Positions 8,739 through 17,550 of a stretch of DNA of 64,000 nucleotides are shown here, piece by piece. The translations under genes were made by a program, and so were the position numbers. This stretch comes from Elusimicrobiota bacterium (GTDB lineage Bacteria > Elusimicrobiota > Endomicrobiia > Endomicrobiales > JBDRNC01): assembly GCA_043811535.1 (NCBI GenBank), contig JBDRNC010000038.1, positions 45,050-109,049 of the forward strand, read 5' to 3'. A model generated the notes under the pieces. The model was not told the DNA's origin. It did not search any database and saw only the letters and a list, made by a program, of their open reading frames with translations. Position 1 is the stretch's first letter, and every line of letters begins with the position of its first letter.

Positions 8739-10814
8739 ATGAAGAATATCGTATTTGCGGCGCTCTTGCTTTTGATTCCCGTGCAGCTTTTTTCGGATAT
8801 TAAGGTTAGCCTTCCCGCTGAAGACTATAACTACCTGCTTGGTATTGCCAGCGATACATGGTCATGCATCGATTATCTGGTGGAACCGGAAACCGGACTG
8901 CCTTATGATTCGACTATCAAGACAAAGGAATTTACTTCGGTCAGTAATATAGGCGTGTATATCGCCGCAATTTCCGCGGCGGTGGAGATGAATTTACTGG
9001 ACAGGAAGGAAGGTGTTAAGAGGATTTCCAGGATTTTGGATTCATATAATAAATTCTCAGTTTGGAACGGATTCGCGCAGTGCTGGCATAGCGTGAAAAC
9101 ATTGAAACCGGACACGAATGACCCTTGGATATCCATCCTGGATTCAGGCAATCTCGCTGGCGGCCTGATAATAGCACGCCAGGAGTTCCCGGAAATCGGG
9201 GGCCGCATATCTGGAGTCCTTGAAAAGATGGATTGGGCAAAAATATACAATCCTTCCAGAAATCTTCTTTACGGCGGATATAACATGAAGACAGAGAAGA
9301 TAAATAAGTCCTGGCTACTCGCGATGATAGGAACCGATGCCAGGGCGGCGTACATAGTCGCGATAGGTTCAGGGAAGATTCCGCCGGATTCATGGGTAAA
9401 ACTGCAAAAGAACAAGGAGCGCAAGTATTCGTTGTCATACTATCAGCCTGGTTGGCAGGGCGGGGGGCTGTTCATGCAGTTCATAGATTCCTGCTTTTTT
9501 GACATACGATACACGGAAATGTGGAAATCAGCGGCAGCATTTGCCTACGCGCAGGCATTTCACGCGAAGCTTATTGATTCGCCGGTATGGGGTTGGTCGG
9601 CGTGCGATTCTCCGGATGACGGATACCTGGGCTTCAATAACCATAGGGATTATGTTGTCGCGCCGCATGCCTCGGTTCTCGCGATCTCGCTTTTCCCTGA
9701 CGAAGTAATTGCTAACATGAGGAAACTTGAAGAAATGGGGGCGCGGTCAAAATATGAAGTGAACGGAAATAAATACAATTTCGGATTCAGGGATGCCATT
9801 GACGTGGTTAAGAATAAATCCACGAATACATACCTGATGTTCGATCAGGGAATGCTACTTTTAAGTATATGCAACTATATCTGTGACGGCAAGTTATGGG
9901 AGTTGAGCAACAGGGACCCGGTTGTCAGGTACGCGAAGCGGTTGATACCGGATATGCGGCAGGACAGGCCGGGTTTTTATGATTTTATGTCGAAATTATA
10001 CGTTGACGGCATTTATGTTGCGGTGAAATCCGTGAACGATAAAAAAGAATACAAGTCCGGCGATGAATACAAAGGACAAATTTCGTTAATCTGCGATGAC
10101 GTGGACATAAACGGAAAGTATAAAGTATCCTGGCGGTTAATTGAGAAAAATAACGGGAAAATAGTAAAATCAGGTTCGGTTTCATCGACAATAGCTGATA
10201 GTACCGATAAAATTGCCGACTCATTCAAATTCATTACTCGCGAAGGCGAGTACTTGCTGCAAGCGGTAGTTTTGGATAAAAATGGCTCGAACCGCGCATC
10301 CGACAGTTATGAATTTACCGTAGCGGATTACATAGATCTAAGCGGAGCGTGGTATTTTAATTCCGGTGACGATATTTCATGGAAGGACCCAGACTATAAT
10401 GATTCAGACTGGAAAACCATCACAGTACCGGCCAGGTGGGAAGATGAGGGTTACGCCGGTTATGACGGTTATGCGTGGTACAGGCTGAAAGTTAAGATAC
10501 CGGAAAAGCTCAAAATAAGCTGGAAAGATGGGGTAATAAACTTAAATATCGGCGGGATAGACGACGCCGAACAAGTATATATTAACGGAGTAATGATAGG
10601 AGAGGCAGGATTTCCTCCGAATTTCAGGGACGGGTTATGGGACAAGGAAAGGAATTACAAAATTCCATTTGAAAATATTAAGTTCGGTCGGGAGAATGTA
10701 CTGGCTGTCAGGGTTTACGACAATAGATTAGAAGGCGGCATCTGGAAAGGTCCTGTAAGGATTATACATAAGCCAGTTGCGAAGGGAGTGAAATTTAATC
10801 CTCCGCGCTGGTAA
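8739..10814 (+). CDS. Secreted glycoamylase-domain (GH144-like, beta-1,2-glucanase-related) hydrolase with C-terminal jelly-roll
   Basis: TSVSNIG, DSGNL, GGLFM, WGWS, VAPHAS, FGFRDA, DQGM motifs; C-terminal YDGYAWYR...GGIDD...EGGIWKGPV. Confidence 0.75.
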   Translation: MKNIVFAALLLLIPVQLFSDIKVSLPAEDYNYLLGIASDTWSCIDYLVEPETGLPYDSTIKTKEFTSVSNIGVYIAAISAAVEMNLLDRKEGVKRISRILDSYNKFSVWNGFAQCWHSVKTLKPDTNDPWISILDSGNLAGGLIIARQEFPEIGGRISGVLEKMDWAKIYNPSRNLLYGGYNMKTEKINKSWLLAMIGTDARAAYIVAIGSGKIPPDSWVKLQKNKERKYSLSYYQPGWQGGGLFMQFIDSCFFDIRYTEMWKSAAAFAYAQAFHAKLIDSPVWGWSACDSPDDGYLGFNNHRDYVVAPHASVLAISLFPDEVIANMRKLEEMGARSKYEVNGNKYNFGFRDAIDVVKNKSTNTYLMFDQGMLLLSICNYICDGKLWELSNRDPVVRYAKRLIPDMRQDRPGFYDFMSKLYVDGIYVAVKSVNDKKEYKSGDEYKGQISLICDDVDINGKYKVSWRLIEKNNGKIVKSGSVSSTIADSTDKIADSFKFITREGEYLLQAVVLDKNGSNRASDSYEFTVADYIDLSGAWYFNSGDDISWKDPDYNDSDWKTITVPARWEDEGYAGYDGYAWYRLKVKIPEKLKISWKDGVINLNIGGIDDAEQVYINGVMIGEAGFPPNFRDGLWDKERNYKIPFENIKFGRENVLAVRVYDNRLEGGIWKGPVRIIHKPVAKGVKFNPPRW

Positions 10815-10880
10815 AAGATGCAACTCTACGCAATATGGTCTACCACGTCTAAGATTAGAGCAATCAAATACGCAATTATT

Positions 10881-11228
10881 ATGCTATAATGTTTTCAGGT
10901 TTCCGTCGAGACAGGTTCGAATGGCGTTTACTAGGGGACCCTTAGTTTTCAGAGTATCCCTTGCGGATACTGCTGAAAACTAACAGTTGTTTGAATGGGG
11001 ATTTGAACCAGCCGACAAAATCGGCTCTGTTCAAGAAATCCCGCGCGCCCGTCCGAAGTTATGATTTTAGTGCTGCGAATAGCAGCGTATACTAAAATCA
11101 TGTCAACGAAGGAGGGTTAGCCACCCCACGACTTAAAACACAATGAAATATCAATCAAATATGGTTAATCCAAATTTGACCCTCAAGTAAACGCCATTCG
11201 AACCGCTCACTAATCTGAGCGGTTTTTT
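10881..11228 (+). repeat. Cassette-boundary repeat, copy 2 (type A) with ~185-bp internal insertion
   Basis: GGTTCGAATGGCGTTTAC at 10914-10931 and its exact reverse complement at 11187-11204; terminator AACCGCTCA-TGAGCGGTTTTTT. Confidence 0.92.
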
Positions 11229-11274
11229 GTTTACTAATTTCACATGGAGCATAAGGTATGATAATGGTGAATAG

Positions 11275-12501
11275 ATGAATATAAAACGTCTCCCGTTGCG
11301 CTATTTAATAGCTATTATCGTTTTCATTGGGTATCCTCTTTCTTGGTATTTCATAGCAAAGGCATACAATTATCCTGATCCGTCGGGGGTGGGCATATTA
11401 TGGGCGTATTTAAATATCCCAGGCATGCCAATTTACAACCTTTGTAGAATATTTGATGTAAATATTAATTCTAAACTGTTATTTTATGGCCCTATTTTAG
11501 CAACAGGATTAATATATGGGTGTACAGCCCTATTCATAAGTAGTTTGTTCTCGAAAAAGAGTAATATTTGGGAAAAATATAAAATACTAGCATGTTTGAT
11601 AATGTTGATAGCTGCTTTTCGAATTGCTCCAATATGTGCAAATAAACTCCAATCAATTTATGCACTTAAATCAGCTAGTAGATGCTTAAATCAAGAACAA
11701 CAGATACTTGATAAACTTGACATGTCGTTTATTAGGTACTACCGTGGCCCAAAAGGTAATATTAGGCAGGAATTTGTTATATCCGGTTTTGATGGTCGGG
11801 ATCAAAGGACGCTTCTATCCTTTGAGGGTTCTAAAGGGAATGGCATATTCAATTATTGGTGGTTGAAGAATAATATTATCCTATTCGATGGTCGTTACTC
11901 AGGGAATCCGGGTATATTTATGGCAAATCCTATTACTGGCAAAGTATCGCGTATTTTGCATACAAAAACGGAAAATATATATCCTTCATTTTACGAGCCC
12001 GAAAACAAAGTATGTTATATTGAAAATGGGCAAATATATATTTATGACATAAATATGCAGAAATCATATGCTATTTGTAAAACAAATGGTTTTGCATTAA
12101 AATGGTCACCTGACGGAAAAAAGATACTGTTTTGTCGGAAGAAAAGTGTAACATCAACTGACATTATGTTGCTGGATATCGGCAAGAGGGATTTGATAAC
12201 ATTATATTCGGGTGGCGAATATTATTATGCTCCTGTTTGGAAAGATATTGACAAGATCGGGTGTTATATACATGGGAAGGATGAGTATGTCACCTTCAAA
12301 TATACATCAAAGGGATTGAGGGAAATTGATAGAGTGCCAATGTCAGAATCTAGCAAGATATGGAATAAAAGCAAGACAAAGTATCTAATCGTTGAAGAAA
12401 CTTCTGATAGAAAAGCTTCTATACAGGCATATGACATATTAAGAAAAACTAGAAATATCATTGCTCAAACTGATGGGGTTGAACGCGTAGAATGGAGATA
12501 A
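11275..12501 (+). CDS. Membrane-anchored TolB-like beta-propeller protein (AT-rich)
   Basis: N-terminal TM helices; WSPDGKKILF repeat; visibly AT-rich. Confidence 0.6.
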   Translation: MNIKRLPLRYLIAIIVFIGYPLSWYFIAKAYNYPDPSGVGILWAYLNIPGMPIYNLCRIFDVNINSKLLFYGPILATGLIYGCTALFISSLFSKKSNIWEKYKILACLIMLIAAFRIAPICANKLQSIYALKSASRCLNQEQQILDKLDMSFIRYYRGPKGNIRQEFVISGFDGRDQRTLLSFEGSKGNGIFNYWWLKNNIILFDGRYSGNPGIFMANPITGKVSRILHTKTENIYPSFYEPENKVCYIENGQIYIYDINMQKSYAICKTNGFALKWSPDGKKILFCRKKSVTSTDIMLLDIGKRDLITLYSGGEYYYAPVWKDIDKIGCYIHGKDEYVTFKYTSKGLREIDRVPMSESSKIWNKSKTKYLIVEETSDRKASIQAYDILRKTRNIIAQTDGVERVEWR

Positions 12502-12531
12502 GGTAGTACATCCATGAGAAGTGTGGACCGG

Positions 12532-12689
12532 AAAATGCTATAATGGTTTCAGGTTTCCGTCGAGGCAGGTTCGAATGGCGTTTACCAGGGGACCCTCCAT
12601 CTCAAGCATTGAAAAATCAATCAGTTTTTGTTAATTTACAGCGACCCCTAAGGGGACGTTCGAACCTCTTCCGCAAGGAAGGGGTTTTT
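12532..12689 (+). repeat. Cassette-boundary repeat, copy 3 (type B, uninterrupted)
   Basis: Left arm 12568-12585; TTGAAAAATCAA; GACCCCTAAGGGGACGTTCGAACC; GC hairpin followed by T-run. Confidence 0.92.
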
Positions 12690-12717
12690 GCTTATGTGGG
12701 CGTCAATGGAATCGAAA

Positions 12718-12813
12718 TACCCAACAATTAAGTTACTTGTGTCACTTGTTGGGTAATTAGGGTATTGACTATTGTTACCCAACAAGTTATAATATTCGCT
12801 ATATTGTTGGGTA
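12718..12813 (+). promoter_or_regulatory. Promoter with twin inverted-repeat operator
   Basis: TACCCAACAA-18-TTGTTGGGTA occurs twice (12718-12755, 12776-12813); TTGACT-17-TATAAT at 12765-12793. Confidence 0.8.
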
Positions 12814-12842
12814 ATTATAAGCGCTATGAAGGAGAGGTATAT

Positions 12843-13160
12843 ATGGCATTTTTAAAATCAGTTTTAAGAGAAGAATTGATGAATTCATTAGCTATGAAGA
12901 AAGGATATGAGAAAGCTCTTAAAGAGCTTCCGAGGGGTAGTTTGAGGGGAAAGAAAATAAGGGGGAAAATATACCATTATGCGGCAATGAGGGAAAATGG
13001 CAAATTCAAAGATGTTTATAAGGGAAAAATGTCAAAAGATAAAATAAAAAAGTATCAAGAAGCGAAAGAGCTCAGGGCAAAGTATAGGAAACTGCTGTCG
13101 CAAGTTAAAAAGCAAATAAAATTTCTAAAGGGAACTCTTCGTGGAAAAGAAGCAATATGA
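12843..13160 (+). CDS. Small basic putative DNA-binding or antitoxin protein
   Basis: Lys-rich, LPRGSL...KIRGKIYHY motif; GGAGAGG RBS; overlaps the next gene. Confidence 0.6.
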   Translation: MAFLKSVLREELMNSLAMKKGYEKALKELPRGSLRGKKIRGKIYHYAAMRENGKFKDVYKGKMSKDKIKKYQEAKELRAKYRKLLSQVKKQIKFLKGTLRGKEAI

Positions 13161-13824
13161 GCTTTGTAAGGAAATTCTAAAACGGTTTCATGATAATGAT
13201 ATACTTCAGAACATAATTCTTGTAGGTAGTTGGTGTTTGCCGTTTTATAAAGAATATTTCAGGAATTGTGATTTTAGATATACTCTGAGAACACGAGATA
13301 TTGATTTCCTGATACCGATTCCTTCAAAAATAAGAAGAAAAGTAGATATTGCTGCCCTTCTTAAAGATCTGGGATTCATTTTAACGCGCTCATATCCGGC
13401 AGGATACATAAGGTTGCAGCATCCCGATATAATAGTCGAGTTTCTTATTCCAGAGAAAGGGAAGGGTATGGACAAACCATTCCCTTTGCCGCAATTAGGC
13501 ATTAATGCTCAGGGTTTAAGATTTCTTGATCTTCTGACACAAAATACTATTACTGTAGAAGTTGAAAATGTGTCAATTGTATTGCCCCATCCTATTAACT
13601 TCGCACTTCATAAACTAATTATTTCTCAAAGAAGACAAAATGCAGAGAAAACCGAGAAAGATTTGTCCGCGGCCGTGCAAATATTAGAGGCTCTAATAAA
13701 AATCGGTGAAAAAGAAAACATTAAGCGAGTATATACCTCGTTACCGAAAAAATGGCAGCAAAAAATTACTGGAAGGTTGAAAGCCGGTAAGTATATGGCT
13801 ATTTTGGAATGTATAATTCAATAG
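13141..13824 (+). CDS. Nucleotidyltransferase-fold protein (AbiEii/GSU2403-like)
   Basis: ILVGSW, RTRDIDF, ALHKL, KDL motifs of the polymerase-beta-like NTase superfamily. Confidence 0.75.
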   Translation: MEKKQYELCKEILKRFHDNDILQNIILVGSWCLPFYKEYFRNCDFRYTLRTRDIDFLIPIPSKIRRKVDIAALLKDLGFILTRSYPAGYIRLQHPDIIVEFLIPEKGKGMDKPFPLPQLGINAQGLRFLDLLTQNTITVEVENVSIVLPHPINFALHKLIISQRRQNAEKTEKDLSAAVQILEALIKIGEKENIKRVYTSLPKKWQQKITGRLKAGKYMAILECIIQ

Positions 13825-13880
13825 AATGAATTATGGGTTAGGACAACTGGTGTGGTATCCCGGATGAAATCCGAGCCAGT

Positions 13881-14098
13881 AAAATGCTACAATGATTTTA
13901 GGTTTCCGTCGAGACCCTCCTACGCCATCCTACGCTAAAGCTTCGGAATGGCTACGGAAGGGCAGGCAGGTTCGAATGGCGTTTACCAGGGGACCCCACG
14001 ACTTAAATCACATTGAAATATCAATCAAATATGGTAAATTCCGTTTTGACCCTCAAGTAAACGCCATTCGAACCGCTCATTATCGTGAGCGGTTTTTT
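13881..14098 (+). repeat. Cassette-boundary repeat, copy 4 (type A) with REP-like insert at 13915-13966
   Basis: Left arm 13969-13986; exact inverted arm 14057-14074; terminator as in copy 2. Confidence 0.92.
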
Positions 14099-14132
14099 AT
14101 TTAAAAGATAAATGATACAATTTTCAAGCGGG

Positions 14133-14241
14133 GAAGCGGCAGCACAGGACCTCGTGATTCGCTACGATGACCAAGGAATAGTCGTTTCATACACCTATAA
14201 TACCACTGAAGACCAACAATGATGGCCTCGACTCACCTTTC
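14133..14241 (+). pseudogene. 3' remnant of a paralogue of the 26077-26403 lipoprotein gene
   Basis: Aligns to 26305-26422 (AAQDLVIRYDDQGIVVSYTYNTT) with a 9-nt deletion, including the downstream flank. Confidence 0.8.
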
Positions 14242-14385
14242 TAAATTTGCCGCGGAATAGCTTATCGTGGACTGCCCCATTTGAAAACTGTACCAGCAAA
14301 TTACTGATAATATAACGGGATAAATATTATAATTTAAACTTGACTATTCCGCCCAGCTTGTTGGGCGGTTACCGAATATTTCTTA

Positions 14386-14465
14386 TCCCCTGGTGGGAGA
14401 AAGGCAGGATGAGGGGGCTCTATGATGCTCACTCTCACCTCAATCCTCTCCCATCAAGGGAGAGG
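14386..14465. repeat. Inverted pair of REP-like palindromic units
   Basis: TCCCCTGGTGGGAGAAAGGCAGGATGAGGGG facing CTCTCACCTCAATCCTCTCCCATCAAGGGAGAGG. Confidence 0.55.
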
Positions 14466-14897
14466 AAGAACAGACTAAGCACGTCTGATACCGCCTCCGC
14501 CGCGGCGGACTGGGCGGAGATTCATTTTACCATATTCCTACCTTCAAGGTCAGGCTGGATTACAATATTGAGGAAAGTATTGCTGCCGAGATGTCTTTGG
14601 CGGCTTTTTTTATTTCCAGGATGAGTTTGATACATAATCCACATTCTTAGGCTATATATTTGCCTTGAAAACCCAGCATTTGACCCCGTTAGAAGCATTT
14701 TCCCCTTGAAGATTGTCCTTTTCTATAGATGTATTTGAGCTCTGGCGGCCGGCTTTGAACGATACTGTTTCGCGCAAGGTCGCGAAAAAATATTTAGAAT
14801 CGATGAATCATGAATCGCGAACCAAGAACAGCGGATCCGTCGAGAACTTGCCCCTATTTTTAAAGATTAGTAGTAACTAAATATATTTAGCAGGGTA

Positions 14898-14926
14898 TTG
14901 ACAAAATGCTTCCGAAGATATATACT
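14898..14926 (+). promoter_or_regulatory. Sigma70 promoter of second LacI gene
   Basis: TTGACA-17-TATACT flanked by ACTAAATAT-containing imperfect palindromes. Confidence 0.7.
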
Positions 14927-14985
14927 ATAAAACACAACATAAGAAATATACTACTAAATATGATTAGTAAACCTTTGGTAAACCT

Positions 14986-15999
14986 ATGGATAAGAAAATA
15001 AGGATCAAAGACATTGCCAAGGCCTTAAGGGTATCGCCTACCGCCGTATCCTTTGCGTTGAATAACAAAAGCGGCATAAGTCCGGAACTGAAAGAGAAGA
15101 TCTTTGAGTACGCGACTCAGTCAGGATACATAAGGGGGATGAGCCCTTTGAAATCCGAATACATTGCTGAGATGTCCGCGGTTTCGGACAGTTCCATTCT
15201 TATACATGCCGGGATCACGGGTGTGCTGAAAAGGAACGGTTTCTTTGCCCTGCGCCATACTTTTTACGGCGATGAGTTGCTGGACGTCAGGAAACAGCAG
15301 ATTGCTTTTGACAGAATATTGAGCGAAGACGGCATTAAGGGGCTGATTGTCGTCTTTTTGTCGCTGTCCGAGACGTTCCTTAATAAGATAAACAAGAAGA
15401 AGATCCCTATAGTGCAGATAAACGGGAACTCGCATATCGGCATCAATTTGAACATAGACGAGGAACACGGCGGCTATATAGCCGCGAAACAACTCATAGA
15501 ATACGGCCACAGGAAGATATGCTTCATATTCCCGGATTACTGGTATGACAATATCTGGAACAGGAGAAAAGCCGGCTACAAAAAAGCCCTGGATGAAGCC
15601 GGAATAGAGTATGATGTCGATCTTATTGAACCGGAGAATCTGTTTACGGTGGAAAGCGCCGGGCGGGCCACAATGAACCTAATCAAGAGGAATACGGATA
15701 TGACCGCTATCATATATGTAAGCGACAAGCAGGCGCTTGGCGGGATGAAGGTTATGGCTCAAAACGGGGTTAAGGTCCCGGATGATATCTCGGTAATAGG
15801 GTTTGACAATACTTACTTCTGCGATATATCCACTCCCACGCTGTCTTCCATTGAAATGCAATTTGAAAAATGCGGGAGTATGGCGGCGGAATATTTAGTC
15901 AACGCGGTCAGGAAAAACTCAGTAAAGCACGAGACAACCATCCTGCGTCCCACTTTGGTTCTCAGAGATTCCGTTAAAATTATCGGAAATATGAAATAG
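14986..15999 (+). CDS. LacI-family regulator (paralogue of 6843-7856)
   Basis: KIRIKDIAK HTH; shared YDN.WN.RKAGYK and EPEN.FTVE segments. Confidence 0.95.
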   Translation: MDKKIRIKDIAKALRVSPTAVSFALNNKSGISPELKEKIFEYATQSGYIRGMSPLKSEYIAEMSAVSDSSILIHAGITGVLKRNGFFALRHTFYGDELLDVRKQQIAFDRILSEDGIKGLIVVFLSLSETFLNKINKKKIPIVQINGNSHIGINLNIDEEHGGYIAAKQLIEYGHRKICFIFPDYWYDNIWNRRKAGYKKALDEAGIEYDVDLIEPENLFTVESAGRATMNLIKRNTDMTAIIYVSDKQALGGMKVMAQNGVKVPDDISVIGFDNTYFCDISTPTLSSIEMQFEKCGSMAAEYLVNAVRKNSVKHETTILRPTLVLRDSVKIIGNMK

Positions 16000-16022
16000 A
16001 TTAGGCCATTAAAGAGGTCATC

Positions 16023-16631
16023 GTGAACACAATCGGTAAACTGTGCGGTTTTGTTTTTATTTCATGCCTATTATTATCGTTAATGTCCGCGCGCAAACGC
16101 GCTGCCGATATGGAAGGCCTTCAGGATACGGCAGGAAATCCTTCCGGGGTATCTGAAGGGCGGACGATGCTTTTTGACATGAGCAACACGGCCGGATGGC
16201 GCGTTTATAAGGACAAAAATGTCGCTGTGGAACTGAGTATACTGCAGGCTAAGGCCGGCAGGGCTCTTCAAGTGACGTATAACATGGGCGCCGGTATGTG
16301 GTTGGGGATAAAGAAGAAAGCGCCGATTGATCTTTCAAAATACGCGGGCGTATCCTTCAAGTGCCGCGATGAAGGGGCGATCAACACCGTGGAAATTAAA
16401 GTTGAGGACAGCGACGGTTCTGTTTTTGGGACGGATGTCGTTTTTGAAAGCGGGATTAAGGATTTGAAGGAAGTGGAAATACCTTTTTCGTCGTTAGAAT
16501 ATTGGTGGGGAGGTGATGAAACGCTGGATCTAAAAAAAGCCACACTGCATTTTACCGTTTCAAAAAAAGACGATGAAGACGAAGGCGGGTACGGTATGCT
16601 CACTATAGGCCAGATTGAATTGTACAAATGA
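16023..16631 (+). CDS. Secreted CBM11-like protein
   Basis: Signal peptide; DLSKYAGVSF, EVEIPFS, C-terminal QIELYK. Confidence 0.65.
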   Translation: MNTIGKLCGFVFISCLLLSLMSARKRAADMEGLQDTAGNPSGVSEGRTMLFDMSNTAGWRVYKDKNVAVELSILQAKAGRALQVTYNMGAGMWLGIKKKAPIDLSKYAGVSFKCRDEGAINTVEIKVEDSDGSVFGTDVVFESGIKDLKEVEIPFSSLEYWWGGDETLDLKKATLHFTVSKKDDEDEGGYGMLTIGQIELYK

Positions 16632-16699
16632 GACTACCTATAAGCGTATTAATGAATCTCGCTCTTTGCAAGAGCAAATACTAACAAGGAGGATGTAAG

Positions 16700-17311
16700 A
16701 TGGTTAAATTAAGCAAGTTGTTCGGTTTTTTTATCGGTTTAGCTCTGCTTGTTTCTCTGGCGTCTGCGAAAGCCCCGGCTGCAAAACCTGCGGCGGCGAC
16801 AACTAAATCTGCCGTTGCTGCCACCGTAATGCCTGAAAACGTAATTGATGATATGAGCGCTGCTCCTGCGGGCTGGATAAAGGAAAGGGATAAGGGCACG
16901 ACAATAACTCTCGCCGCCGGGAAAGGCCAGAAGGGAAAGGCTCTTGAAATATCCTACAGCTTAGGTGACGAGGCAACCTGGTTAGGAGTCCGCAAAAAAA
17001 TCAGGAGGGATATTTCGAAATACAAGGGAATAAGGTTCGCTGTCCGCGGCGAAGGATCGTCAAATTCAATTGAAGTCAAATTGGAGAATGCCGATTATTC
17101 CAATTTTGGGATAGTGCTTCCTGTCAAATCCAATACAAGCGAGTGGTCCGACGTCGAGATTCCTTTCGCGGATTTTGAGTATCTTTGGGGCGACAGTAAT
17201 GAGGTGAATTTGCTAAAGCCGTTGATACATATCACAATAGTCAAGAAGGAATCGGATGACGAAGGGGGCGCCGGGAAATTCGTAATAGACCAGATCGAGC
17301 TGTACAAATAG
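16700..17311 (+). CDS. Secreted CBM11-like protein (tandem paralogue)
   Basis: DISKYKGIRF, WSDVEIPFADF, DEGG.G...QIELYK shared with the previous gene. Confidence 0.65.
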   Translation: MVKLSKLFGFFIGLALLVSLASAKAPAAKPAAATTKSAVAATVMPENVIDDMSAAPAGWIKERDKGTTITLAAGKGQKGKALEISYSLGDEATWLGVRKKIRRDISKYKGIRFAVRGEGSSNSIEVKLENADYSNFGIVLPVKSNTSEWSDVEIPFADFEYLWGDSNEVNLLKPLIHITIVKKESDDEGGAGKFVIDQIELYK

Positions 17312-17333
17312 TTATTTGATTTTTGATATGCGG

Positions 17334-17377
17334 TAAGTTACAGGCAAAATGGGCAGTCCCCACTTGCCTGTAACTTA
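17334..17377 (+). terminator. Long stem-loop after CBM genes
   Basis: TAAGTTACAGGCAA / TTGCCTGTAACTTA 14-bp arms. Confidence 0.55.
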
Positions 17378-17390
17378 TCCCGCCACGCAG

Positions 17391-17490
17391 AAGACCACGG
17401 CCTTGGCCGTGGACGCTTACGCGTGCGGGATGTCGCCCCGCGATAGCGGTAGAGCTTTTGGCGCCACGGGCATGCCCGTGGGGACTCCAT
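17391..17490. mobile_element. Non-autonomous IS200/IS605-type end remnant (PATE-like)
   Basis: Two related hairpins CCACGGCC-TT-GGCCGTGG (17395-17412) and CCACGGGC-AT-GCCCGTGG (17464-17481), no transposase. Confidence 0.5.
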
Positions 17491-17550
17491 GCGCTCTGAC
17501 GCGTCGTTTATGAAAAATATCTGCAGAAGTTCCGCTAACGGGAAGGTAAA

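Noticed and set aside
12532..12689. 6S RNA
   Set aside because: Multicopy, pairing is confined to the ends, and the interior is variable with no recognisable central-bubble architecture; an Rfam search would settle it.
12543..12731. Plus-strand ORFs over the repeats (also 5141-5323 and 13892-14104)
   Set aside because: For 12543 and 13892 the ATG overlaps the -10 box; lengths and frames differ between copies, and substitutions are non-synonymous in this frame.
10881..14098. Repeats as classical integron attC sites
   Set aside because: I see no conserved RYYYAAC/GTTRRRY boxes, the units carry their own promoter and terminator, and there is no intI in the window.
14110..14128. AAATGATACAATTTTCAAG as a degenerate repeat start
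   Set aside because: Too short and AT-rich to distinguish from chance.
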